Shown here one piece after another: positions 1 to 9,532 of a stretch of DNA of 64,000 nucleotides. The position numbers and the translations under genes were made by a program. Within the stretch, counting starts at the first letter, position 1. Every line of letters begins with the position of its first letter. The stretch spans positions 39,367 through 103,366 of the forward strand of contig CAVUAM010000015.1 of NCBI GenBank assembly GCA_963739495.1. Reading direction: 5' to 3'. Origin of the DNA: Candidatus Bathyarchaeota archaeon (GTDB lineage Archaea > Thermoproteota > Bathyarchaeia > Bathyarchaeales > Bathycorpusculaceae). Below the pieces are notes generated by a model. The model ran no database searches. It was not told where the DNA came from and was given only the letters and a program-made list of their open reading frames with translations.

Positions 1-157
1 AAACATATATAGTTTTAAGGGTTTAGGCGCGCTACATGAGACAGATTAAATCAATGATTTTTTGATGTGTTGTCTCAATGTTGGACATTACGTTCTTTAT
101 AGCGAAATAAAACAATGCTTATTAGTCTTGTGTGTTCGTGGAGAATTGTGGGCTTCC

Positions 158-371
158 TTGATTAGAAAAGAAGCAATTTCCTTTCTGAAGGAATTAGCAG
201 AAAACGACCTTGTTTTGGCATTTATGGTTGACATTCAAAGAAGAACCCCTAACCATTATCAACTGCGGATCAAAGGCAATTATGAACTTTCCCGAATCAA
301 GAAATTTCTAAAGGATAAAGGCTTTTTCGTTTGAGATCAAACAGGACACGTTAGTTGTTTTCAAACCTTAA
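158..371 (+). CDS. Small hypothetical protein (~70 aa), probably split by a +1 T near 331
   Basis: TTG at 158 reads IRKEAISFLKELAENDLV...KGFFV; removing one T in GTTTGAG continues EIKQDTLVVFKP to TAA at 369-371. Confidence 0.45.
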
Positions 372-707
372 TCCAAATGTCGCAATTAGATAACTAAGCA
401 TTCACTAACACTCTATCAAAAATGTACCATAAAATAGGCATTCGGCGCGGATTCTAACCCTCTGGGGCAAACGAGTGTGCATTGGGGTTTTTTTTGGTTG
501 AACGGGGTTGCACAGTGTCAATCGGTTTAGTGCCTTTGCAGGGTTATATACGCGGTGGGTGTTACAAAGAAGTATGTAGGAAAACTACAGTTTTTGATGG
601 TCGAACCTACAATTTCAACATGGGCAACACCATGAACCCATAGCGGTTTAAAATGTCAAGTTTTCTCGAAAAAGCTCGCAGGTCAACTTAGATAAGTGGT
701 GGATGGA

Positions 708-1088
708 CTATGATTGTTTGCAAAAAGTATATAATCCTTGTTTAGCGATCAAAGCTGCAACACATGAGGCTATAGCTCTTTGAACACCTGTGCCCATTAA
801 GTAACCAAAGATAAAGAGGTGAATGCTTTCTGTTGTATCAAGGATTCCGGATTCCTTCATGTTCTCATATGAAGCGCATATTTTTGCTTTTATTTTGCCT
901 GAATATTTTTTAAAAGCCGTTTCTCCTATTGTTTTAAAGTCTATGTTAAAGTCTATTTCAATTAGATTGGGGTTATAGCTACCTCTGGCTTCAATTTGAA
1001 AAATGATATTTCCTAATCTAACCAAAAGCATATCTTCATCGTAGCTTTTCAAAATATATTCAGTTCTTTCTCTATTCTCAACGTACAT
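708..1088 (-). CDS. Hypothetical protein
   Basis: 126-aa ATG ORF in an AT-rich region; no recognisable motif. Confidence 0.5.
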   Translation of the reverse strand: MYVENRERTEYILKSYDEDMLLVRLGNIIFQIEARGSYNPNLIEIDFNIDFKTIGETAFKKYSGKIKAKICASYENMKESGILDTTESIHLFIFGYLMGTGVQRAIASCVAALIAKQGLYTFCKQS

Positions 1089-1402
1089 TTAACAATCCCC
1101 AAAAAGTGTAAGGTCGCAGAAGCGTGTATAGAGTAGATGAATTTAATTTTATTTATTTGTATTTAAAATGTTCTGATGATTAGCTATTTCGCGATAAACC
1201 TCTTTCCTACTATGGGGCCCAGATTTTGAAGACCTTAAAGGTCAGAAAATCAAAATATTTCCAAAACGAGGCCGAAATTCCGTTTGAACAGAAATGTTAT
1301 TCCGTTTGAAAGCCAAGGCGGCTCGCATGGATGCGCCTGAAAATTCTGGAAAAATTTTGAGGCAATTGATACAATGTACATTGATTGGGCAGAGAAAAAC
1401 TG

Positions 1403-1491
1403 TGGGTTTGCTGAGGCTCTGGAACCGAATATAGGAGAAAAGATTAAATGTAAAATTTTCATAAAAAAAGGAGAGCGGGTGATATCTCCAC
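1403..1491. repeat. Dispersed non-coding repeat, copy 1
   Basis: TGGGTTTGCTGAGGCTCTGGAACCGAAT (1403-1430) matches 6914-6941 at 27/28; the core also occurs at 46599-46625. Confidence 0.75.
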
Positions 1492-1562
1492 TCTGGCAAG
1501 GGTTCAATTCGAACCCCCTGTCAGGAGGAGATGTCACCCACACAACCCACTTTTTCTTTTTA
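1477..1562 (+). ncRNA. Long stem-loop followed by a T tract (candidate ncRNA or terminator)
   Basis: GGGTGATATCTCC(1477-1489)/GGAGATGTCACCC(1527-1539), CTGGCA/TGTCAG and GGGTTC/GAACCC; the stem mismatches are G:U on the + strand. Confidence 0.45.
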
Positions 1563-1823
1563 TATTAAATTTTAATCTCTCTATAATACTATTCAAATCT
1601 TTTTCGAATTAGGTTGCGACTTCTTCAATGCTCTTGTTAGCCATTTTTCTTTTCCATTGTGGTATAATCAATTTATTTTTAATTTTTGCTTACCTGTCAA
1701 ATCTACGTCTTAGGGTTAATAGGTACATTATTGTACTATTGAGCATGCGTAAACCTTTTATTATTTTAGGCTTGACCGCTAAATAGTCTTAAGCTACTGA
1801 GCTCTATCCTGCGAAAAGTTGTA

Positions 1824-2324
1824 TTAGTTGCTTGTGAGACAAACGCAGTCGATTAGATTTTTGCAGCTGATGCAGTCTTCTGGTGGTTGTTTTGGTCTTG
1901 GTTTCTTGGTATAGTAGTCTAGATTTTTTGGACAACCATTTGACTTTGAAGATAGCGGATGGGCGGTGTCTGCTAATGTTGTACTTTCGAGTTCCTGTGT
2001 TTCAATTTCAGTTATTTCTTGTGGGACTTTGGGTTCTTGTGTTTTAATTTCATCTATTAGTTGTGGAACATTAGACTCTTGTGTTTCAGGTACGCTTACT
2101 TGTTTTATTGATTCGATTTCTTGTTTTTGTGTATTAATTTCGGTTGTTTGTTGTGTGATTTTTTCATCTTTGTTGGGCAGGATTTGGGCTTTCTGGGTTT
2201 TGGCAATGCTCCTACTTTTTATAAGAGATAATAAATTAAGCGAGTGTAAAAAATATAAAAATACAATCAAGCTCGCTGAGACAGCTGCACCGGTAATATT
2301 TAGAATATTTATTTGGTTTTTCAT
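1824..2324 (-). CDS. Membrane-anchored hypothetical protein with a Q/E/T-rich linker and Cys-rich C-terminus
   Basis: N-terminal hydrophobic helix; repeated EIxTQE; C-terminal CPKN...CISC...CVC. Confidence 0.65.
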   Translation of the reverse strand: MKNQINILNITGAAVSASLIVFLYFLHSLNLLSLIKSRSIAKTQKAQILPNKDEKITQQTTEINTQKQEIESIKQVSVPETQESNVPQLIDEIKTQEPKVPQEITEIETQELESTTLADTAHPLSSKSNGCPKNLDYYTKKPRPKQPPEDCISCKNLIDCVCLTSN

Positions 2325-2412
2325 AAATAATCCATATGAGAACCAAGTAAGTGCCCATAGGAATAACAGGTAGTATGTTTGTTTGCTATAGAAGGGTTGT
2401 GCTAGTATGTTT

Positions 2413-2697
2413 TTAGATTCCAGCTTGGCTACACTCCACAGTTGATTGGGAGTCTATGAAAATTGAGAATTTTGCGCATCTTAGTTTTAGATATGTTACT
2501 TCTGAGTCTAGTTTTTCTACTTTTAGCTTTCTTTTTTCGTATTCTTCTTTAGCTTTGATTTCCAGCTGGTTTAGTAGGGCTGTTAGGTGTTCTTTTTGTT
2601 CACTGAGACGGGCTTTGTCAACTTCTAGGCTTTGGAAAGAATTGAGGATATCTTCGTCTTTTGGGTTGTTCTCTTTTTTTAGTGTTGCACTTAACAT
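2413..2697 (-). CDS. Small coiled-coil hypothetical protein
   Basis: Heptad-like E/K/L-rich 94-aa ORF. Confidence 0.55.
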   Translation of the reverse strand: MLSATLKKENNPKDEDILNSFQSLEVDKARLSEQKEHLTALLNQLEIKAKEEYEKRKLKVEKLDSEVTYLKLRCAKFSIFIDSQSTVECSQAGI

Positions 2698-2886
2698 TTA
2701 GTTCACTAACTGTTTTAGCACTATAAGGGGACTCTTTTTAATAATTTATGAACTGCTAATATTAATTAGGAAATTATATTTTAGCCGTTAGTTTCTTTCG
2801 GCTAAAAAAGGCAACCATATCGGCTGTGTGTTTGCAGTTGCGAAAACGCGGTTTATTTTAGCGATAACTAACAATACTAATCCAGA

Positions 2887-3938
2887 TTATCGCCAAATGT
2901 GTTTCTTGCGTGCATTATTATTACATTTTTTTGCGGAGGCTATTTGATAGGCAACTACAACTGCAGATTCAGCGCTGATAATCGATAGTACAAAAAGAAT
3001 GTCCCAGGAACTGAATGTGGATTCATATTCGAATTGAGGTGTAGACGAAGGAGGTTGAGTCGAGTTGGGCGTTGAAGTAACTGTAATGTTTGTAGTGGGG
3101 TTTGGAGTGGGAACTGGCGTAGGAGTAGATGATGCTTTATGTGTTGGAGCAGGTGTCTGCGATGGGGTGGGAATTGGGGTTGCGTTAGCTACTTGATTGG
3201 ATCCTTGATTGTAATTAGGGGCTGCACCCATGCTATAGGTTATATCACCATAGGTTTTTGGTACATCAGGGCTAGACGGTGGAACTGTTGGCCACGATTG
3301 AACAGCAGACCCAGCAAAATGTGCGTCGTGGGTTTGGAGAAGCATCCAAAATTCTGGACCGATAATCTGTGAACCACCCAACTCTGTTGAGGTTTTTAAC
3401 AGACTCATTTCAAGTATCAAATGCGGTGCACTATAAGTAGGCGAAGAACTAAATGATTCATTCCATTGGAAGACAGATAATGAAGGTGTAGCTATTTGAG
3501 TCCATCCTACTCCATTTCCTTGATACCAAGTGCAAACTGCATTACTTGTGAAGTTTACTGCAAAATCTGTGGATGAAGGCGCGGAATCAGAGGTCATACC
3601 ACCGTCAAAAAATACTTGAACAAAATCCCCTGTCTCATTTGAATTATCCATAGTTTCAACGATGAGGTAATAGTAAACACGACACTAGGACTAGACGCGG
3701 CTAAATACCATTCGTCAGTAAAGTTAGCGTTCGTTCCAAAAGTGGTCTGCAAACCATAAGTCCACTCTGAACCCCACTGTCCATTAATTGTCGGGAGAGT
3801 TGTTGAAGAAGTCTGGTAACAGATATGGGAATAGCCAGCTTCTTGAGCATTTATAGGCTTCGAAGTCGCCAAAATAAAGCATATTGCTAATACGATAATG
3901 ATTAAGTTTAGTTTTAGAGGGCCGCTGTTCATTGTCAA
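2887..3938 (-). CDS. Secreted/surface protein (signal peptide, DOMON/CBM9-like beta domain, PT linker, C-terminal TM anchor), frameshifted near 3660
   Basis: ORFs 3594-3938 (signal peptide, PTINGQWGSEW) and 2887-3651 (DFVQVFFDG, PT repeats, TM plus basic tail) join into one architecture; the domain name is an inference. Confidence 0.65.
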
Positions 3939-4176
3939 GTTTCCTTATTCTCTATTTTAATAAACTTGATTAGTATGTTTTATGAACATTGAATATGAAT
4001 TGTGAATAAAGGTCGTACGCGCTTTCTTATTAGCAGAGAAAGCTTATAACTAGAAATTCAACATGCAAGAAAACAAGTAAGGAACTGGATAAACCTGTCA
4101 AAAGAAATTACTTTGCCTTAAGGCTGGGACGGCGACATCATCCCCGCTGTTAGAACGTCGTCCCAGACTATTATAA

Positions 4177-4444
4177 GTCCAACCCAACAGTTTCACCCAC
4201 AGAAACCTCTACTCCAACAACTTCGACTAATCCAACGCCAACCCCAACTCTAAGTCCCATTACAAATCCAACAATCTTAACCCCAAGTCCAAGCCAAATA
4301 TCCTCACCGTCTTCTTCACCTCCACCACAACCAACAGAAACACCCCTATACCTTTACGCAGCGGTAGGAATAACAATAGTAGTTTTAGTCGCCACAGCCA
4401 TGGTGCTCAGGAAAAATCGAAATCGCGCGCTGGCTTGTCCCTAA
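4177..4444 (+). pseudogene. Orphan C-terminal fragment of a surface protein (P/T/S linker and TM anchor)
   Basis: Reads ...SSSPPPQPTETPLYLYAAVGITIVVLVATAMVLRKNRNR; no start or N-terminal domain; the stop lies inside the IS left end. Confidence 0.6.
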
Positions 4445-5529
4445 ATTGAAAAGCTTATAACTAGAAACGGGCCTCGTATCATTGAGAACCAATCACACAA
4501 GGAAGTGATCCCTGCGAGACAGGATGAACACGAGACCCTTGAAACCCTTTTCAAAAACGTAGACTTAAGCTTTGCTAACAACCTAATAAAACAGTGCTTC
4601 CACGCAAGCGGCCCAGGAAGACGACCCAGAAACCCACTGGGACTATTTCGAGCATTCTTAATCATGAAAATGAAAGCCATACGAAGCCTAAGAGAAATGA
4701 CGCGCATCCTAAACACCGATTTAAGAATTAGAAAGCTCTGCCTAATCAAAGACAACCAAAAAGGCTACACACGAAGCGTAATGAGCCGATTTTCCAAACG
4801 AGTAGGCCAAGACAACCTCAACAGAATAATCGATCAAAAAGTAATCAAACTGCTAAAATCCCAGCAAAGCAGTGAAGTAGACGTAGTGTTGGATGCCTCT
4901 TTTATCAAGGCTTGGAGCACCCGTCACCCAACAGATAACCAAATCGGCTTCTCAGATGCCCAAGCCAGAGTTGGCAGATCGGGCCGATCATATGCACTGG
5001 GCTACAAAATGCACCTATCAATCGACCACAAAACAATGCTTCCTCTCTCAAGCGTTTTTGTCTCTGCAAACCAAAACGAAAAGAAACATTCACTGACTCT
5101 ACTTGAAAAGGCCAAGGGAATTCTCAAACACTGTAAAGCTAAGGTTAGAAGTGTAGTAGCGGATAGCCAATACAGCGATTCTAAGCTCAGGTGTGCTGTT
5201 GAGAAGGCAACTATTCCATATCCTGCTAATCATCGCAAGGGTGTGGAGGGTTTGTTGCGAGTTGATAGGAAGTTTAGGACTTATGGGTCTTTAGAGGACA
5301 AGACGGAGTATCATAAGAGACCGCCGATTGAGGCAGTTAACAGTTTTTTGAAGACGCAGTTTAGCATGGCTAACAATAAAGTCAGAGGATTAGCGCAGGT
5401 TACGTTCTATGCATTATGCAGCATTCTTTGTTTAGTGCTAAACAGAGAGGCAGCACAGAGGATTGGCAGACATGAAAAAGCAGTATCACCGACTTACTTC
5501 AACACTTAATTTTAGGGACAAAGCGGCGC
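4425..5529 (+). mobile_element. Insertion sequence (IS4/IS5/IS1182-like DDE), minimal unit
   Basis: Left end GCGCGCTGGCTTGTCCCTAAATTGA (4425-4449); imperfect inverted end TAATTTTAGGGACAAAGCGGCGC (5507-5529) overlapping the transposase stop. Confidence 0.8.
4505..5509 (+). CDS. DDE transposase
   Basis: N-terminal GRRP...SLRE helix; VVLDAS, GYKMH, VVADSQY and YHKRPPIEAVNSFLK motifs. Confidence 0.9.
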   Translation: MIPARQDEHETLETLFKNVDLSFANNLIKQCFHASGPGRRPRNPLGLFRAFLIMKMKAIRSLREMTRILNTDLRIRKLCLIKDNQKGYTRSVMSRFSKRVGQDNLNRIIDQKVIKLLKSQQSSEVDVVLDASFIKAWSTRHPTDNQIGFSDAQARVGRSGRSYALGYKMHLSIDHKTMLPLSSVFVSANQNEKKHSLTLLEKAKGILKHCKAKVRSVVADSQYSDSKLRCAVEKATIPYPANHRKGVEGLLRVDRKFRTYGSLEDKTEYHKRPPIEAVNSFLKTQFSMANNKVRGLAQVTFYALCSILCLVLNREAAQRIGRHEKAVSPTYFNT

Positions 5530-5537
5530 TATGCGCG

Positions 5538-5933
5538 CTACTTCCATTCCCAAACCTTCAAGTGGAAGTTACCTGTTTCGTCGATGTCCAATTCCCAGAC
5601 TCCCGGCACGTTATTTAGTCGTGCAAATTTAGGTGAGGAAGTCTGCCAGATAACTCCGCCTCGCCAGCTCGCCTTGAGGCCACTTCCGGTAGGTCGCCCT
5701 CTTCCATGAGCGTTCACACCTACAGTGTCCCCGTCTTTGGTTGTGCAGATTCCGTTGAACTCTGCAATCAAGGTTCCTCCCTGCGGGGTTGCGACGCCTG
5801 TATAGATAGATGAATAGTCTACACCGAACAATTTGCCAGTGCCCTGATATGTCGCTTCCACCCTTCCGTCGGGAAGTACCCTAATTCCTGCGAACTTTCC
5901 AGTTTCTTCAAAAGCTAAATCTCCTAGAACCAT
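5538..5933 (-). CDS. Gly-rich all-beta hypothetical protein (DUF3237-like barrel by inference)
   Basis: 131-aa ORF with RBS-like AGGAG and an upstream TATA-like element; ends RLNNVPGVWELDIDETGNFHLKVWEWK. Confidence 0.75.
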   Translation of the reverse strand: MVLGDLAFEETGKFAGIRVLPDGRVEATYQGTGKLFGVDYSSIYTGVATPQGGTLIAEFNGICTTKDGDTVGVNAHGRGRPTGSGLKASWRGGVIWQTSSPKFARLNNVPGVWELDIDETGNFHLKVWEWK

Positions 5934-6062
5934 ATGACTAATCTCCTAAAAGCATAATACTATTGAGTCCGTGACTGTTATTTATATTTTATCCGTTCCG
6001 GTGGTATCTACAGCCTAAGTCAAATGGAAGAGAGAAGTTAAATTTTAAGCCACATACTCTAA

Positions 6063-6087
6063 TGAATTTCGGGACAAACCAGCGCGC
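6063..6087. repeat. Second IS right-end inverted repeat
   Basis: Reverse complement GCGCGCTGGTTTGTCCCGAAATTCA matches the left end 4425-4449 at 22/25. Confidence 0.85.
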
Positions 6088-6102
6088 TACTCAAGTTGAG
6101 GA

Positions 6103-6725
6103 TTAAAATCTTCGATGGGCAATCAAACCCGCGGTAACTACAAGAAACATCGCAGAAAATACGAGCAACATCAGAGCCTGTGGGAACTCTGGAACTGTAG
6201 GAGAATTAGCAGGGTTCTGCAAAAAATGAGGCGTTGCTAAAGGCTGTTCTTCTCCTGAGTTTGTGGCTATTGGAGTGGAGTTACTGTTGCCGCCGATGAT
6301 ATCTATAGATGCTGAAGGAGAGTTCCACGAGAAAACAGTGGAAGATGTTCCTTGTGTTCCGTCAATACCAACGTAGTAGCTGTTCTCTCTAAGCGTAACG
6401 TTTGTTGGAACTATGATACTTATTTGGTTGAACATGTAGGTGCCACCGCTTGCCACAGTAACTGGAGTCCTAGATAAATCGTACCCATAGAAACCGTCAG
6501 CGACCATCCAATCAAAGTGTAAACCTATTTGAGTTATTTGGAGTGAATCAGAAGAACTGCTGGTGAAAGACACAGTTATTGTCACGGGTTGACCAGGCTG
6601 CAGTGTCGTAGTTGAGAAGAAAGTGTGAACCGAAGCTTCATTTTGACTAAGAGCGGCGACAAAGCCATGCAAAGAAAAGCAATTAGAAAAAAGACAAGAA
6701 TAAATGAAACTCGGATTAATTTCAT
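6103..6725 (-). CDS. Secreted Ig-like protein with a PEF-CTERM-type sorting signal; frameshift in the signal peptide
   Basis: ATG at 6725 MKLIRVSFILVFFLIAF shifts into ORF 6103-6672; C-terminal VPEFP, TM helix and HRRF. Confidence 0.7.
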
Positions 6726-6913
6726 TTGAATCTCTCCAAATATGTTAATCTTATATTGAACGTTATTGCTTTTTAGCTTTAGCGTTCACCAAGACTATTC
6801 AATTTTCAAGGTTCAGGGGTTTATTCTTTGGCGCAGGGGGTGGGATTTCAGCCAGGGTCCATTTTGGACTGGGATGCAAACGAAACAGGCCAACTATTTT
6901 CCAAGAATTAAGT

Positions 6914-6985
6914 TGGGTTTGCTGAGGCTCTGGATCCGAATTCTAAATGAAAAAAGGGGAAGAAGGCGCGGGAGATTTCACCACT
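6914..6985. repeat. Dispersed non-coding repeat, copy 2 (truncated)
   Basis: 27/28 identity to 1403-1430, followed by AAAAAAGG...CGGGAGATTTCACCACT resembling 1464-1492. Confidence 0.75.
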
Positions 6986-7072
6986 AAAAATAGAAATAAA
7001 CGTTACTGTAACTTTTTAGTTTAAAAAACTACTGTAACAAGACTTTTAAACGTTCCTTTAGCGTAAACATGC

Positions 7073-7897
7073 TCATGCTTTCTTGAAGGGCAACCCAGAT
7101 GTTTCCAAAGCAGACAGCAGGTTTGGTTTATCTTCGCTTTTAATGCCTTTCCAATCAAGAACCGCTAAAGATACCTTCTCCAAAGTTTTATAGACACATT
7201 GCGTCAACATTTCAGCATCGACTAGATGGATAGCGTATTTGGGTATCATGTGACCAAAAGCTGCTTCGCCCATTACAGCCATAAGGGTGAACCTTTGGTT
7301 GTAGTGTGGTCCACCTATACCTAGAACAGCCGAATTTTGGGGTGCTGGAAAGCTGGATATAGCTGACATTGCAGAGTGAGCGACAGCCTCTGCAGCCTTT
7401 AAATCACACCATTGCGCAGGAGAACTACCTAACTCGACAAACATAGTAGGAACGTTCAGGCTTGGACCATGATGAGTGCATTCGAAGGATACCTCATAGT
7501 CAAGATTTAAGGCTCCTTTGTGATGCATTAGTGCTCTTATGGCATTTTGCATTGCTGATGCCGGAGAAACCGAAAGTGTTTTGGGCAATCCACCAAGTTC
7601 CGCATCGCCAAAGTTTCCAGGCGTATGAACTGACAAGGTTGGCTTGCCGCTTTGGCTACTGTGCCTCGAGATGAAAACGACTAATTGTGCATTGGGAAAT
7701 TTTTCAGGCACGTCTTGGGCTTTTACAGATTCGTCACTTAATGTAGCCAAGGTTACTTTTTTGCCTTCGATGTCCGCATCAAATAGGGAATTCCCTTGAA
7801 AGTCTTCAGCGGTTTTGTTGAAGGGGTAGTTTTTAAGGATTTGTTCTTTGATGTTTAGGCTGGCAACATCCTTGCTTGAGGCAACTAGCAGAATCAT
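7073..7897 (-). CDS. dtdA: D-aminoacyl-tRNA deacylase (archaeal DTD2)
   Basis: FISRHSS, LSVHTPGN, ECTHHGPS, FVELGS, GIGGPHY and GHMIPKY motifs. Confidence 0.93.
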   Translation of the reverse strand: MILLVASSKDVASLNIKEQILKNYPFNKTAEDFQGNSLFDADIEGKKVTLATLSDESVKAQDVPEKFPNAQLVVFISRHSSQSGKPTLSVHTPGNFGDAELGGLPKTLSVSPASAMQNAIRALMHHKGALNLDYEVSFECTHHGPSLNVPTMFVELGSSPAQWCDLKAAEAVAHSAMSAISSFPAPQNSAVLGIGGPHYNQRFTLMAVMGEAAFGHMIPKYAIHLVDAEMLTQCVYKTLEKVSLAVLDWKGIKSEDKPNLLSALETSGLPFKKA

Positions 7898-7998
7898 TAG
7901 GTTTCCCTTATTGTGGTGCTTGTTTGTTGCGGAAAAAGCTTTTGCATAAAGCTTATTATTGCACGCTTGGTTCAGCGTTTACTGAAGGATCAGAAAAG

Positions 7999-8910
7999 AT
8001 GAATCTTATTAATTTCAAAGAACTGTCAAGTCAAGAGCTAAACGGCTTAGTTGACTTAGGCATTGAAGTTAAAGATGCCCCTAAAAAATACCTCAAAACC
8101 TTTGAAGGTAAATCAGCAGCGTTAATTTTCCAGAAGACATCAACCCGCACGAGGGTTTCCTTTGAGGTGGCAATGACCCAGCTGGGCGGCCATGCATTAT
8201 ACATTGATTGGCGAACCACCAACTTCGCACTCGCTGACATTACCGATGAGTTGCAGTATTTGTCGAGCAACGTTGATTGCGTCATGGCAAGGCTCCTATA
8301 TAATTCGGACCTGCTGAAAATGGAGAAGGCTTCCCGCGTTCCAGTCATCAATGGCTGCGATGAGATGTATCACCCCAGTCAAGTCTTAGCAGACCTGATC
8401 ACGATAAAAGAAAAACGTGGAAAACTCAAAGGCGCCAAACTAGTCTACATTGGCGTCCATAACAATGTAACCAACTCCCTAATTGAAGGCTGCACCAAAA
8501 CAGGCGTTAAAATCACAACGGTCACGCCCATAATCAACGAAGCATCAAAAGATGAAGAGCTGTTGTTCGAAGCAAAAAAAACTGGACTCTGGCAATCAAC
8601 TCTTGACGTTAAGAAGGCAGTCATAGACGCGGATTTCGTTTATACTGACACTTGGATTGATATGGAGTTCTTTACTGATCCCAAATTTGCTTCGGAAAAG
8701 GAAAAACGCGTCAAACTCATGATGCCTTACCAAATTAACGCACAGTTGGTGAAGGGCAGTGACGCCTTCATCATGCACGATATGCCAATTCACCGCGGAT
8801 ACGAAATAAGCGCGGAAACCATCGAGACCTCGAAGTCAGTGATTTTTGAGCAGGCAGAGAACAGGTTGTATTCGGCGAAAGCTATTTTCCTCAAGTTGAT
8901 GGGTGCTTAG
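7999..8910 (+). CDS. argF: Ornithine carbamoyltransferase-family protein
   Basis: STRTRVSFE, HPSQ and QAENR motifs; variant HDMP. Confidence 0.85.
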   Translation: MNLINFKELSSQELNGLVDLGIEVKDAPKKYLKTFEGKSAALIFQKTSTRTRVSFEVAMTQLGGHALYIDWRTTNFALADITDELQYLSSNVDCVMARLLYNSDLLKMEKASRVPVINGCDEMYHPSQVLADLITIKEKRGKLKGAKLVYIGVHNNVTNSLIEGCTKTGVKITTVTPIINEASKDEELLFEAKKTGLWQSTLDVKKAVIDADFVYTDTWIDMEFFTDPKFASEKEKRVKLMMPYQINAQLVKGSDAFIMHDMPIHRGYEISAETIETSKSVIFEQAENRLYSAKAIFLKLMGA

Positions 8911-9055
8911 ACCCAATTTTTGTGCTTCTTATAAGATTGCTTCATTTTGATCGTTTTAACAAGGGGGCACTATAGAGTGATCTACATTTATTTCAAAATA
9001 AGGGCGTCTTGCTGACTAAGAATAGAGGGGAACAGGCCGTAAGAGGGCAGATAGT

Positions 9056-9532
9056 TTATTTTCGGTTGGGCACCCACCGATAATTTGGATTAGAACCTTT
9101 CGGCTTTTCTCCTTGAAAGCCGCAAGCATAGCATTTCCCATTATGTACTGAAACCACGTCACCGCAGCTTGGACACAAATACTTTTCAGCTTGAATTTTA
9201 AGGAATTCATCCACACCTTTTTCTTTAATCATTTCTTGGTTTTTAACCATGCTCATGCCGTAACGTATTCTATAATGCTCGTCAAGCTTGGCTAGTTTTT
9301 TACAAGGCATGTCCGCACATTCATAGCAGAACCTCAGTTGTTTACCAACCTTTTTGGGGCAATCACGCTTGATGAACGCACAGTTCTTGTTGCGCACCAT
9401 GCAGCCACTGCAATGTGACACTTCACCCTTCTTGCGAGGTACTCCCCGAGAATAAGCGAGGTAGCATTTGCATACGCCACAGTTAATACCGCAAGGCGCA
9501 ATTAGATCTGGAGTGAATTTACTGTTGGGCAT
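9056..9532 (-). CDS. Cys-rich DUF3795-type protein
   Basis: IAPCGINCGVC, CSGC, FCYECADMPC and C-terminal CPSC...CYAC. Confidence 0.8.
   Translation of the reverse strand: MPNSKFTPDLIAPCGINCGVCKCYLAYSRGVPRKKGEVSHCSGCMVRNKNCAFIKRDCPKKVGKQLRFCYECADMPCKKLAKLDEHYRIRYGMSMVKNQEMIKEKGVDEFLKIQAEKYLCPSCGDVVSVHNGKCYACGFQGEKPKGSNPNYRWVPNRK

Noticed and set aside
1242-1568. Three overlapping short ORFs
   Set aside because: No protein-like features; they overlie the repeat and hairpin
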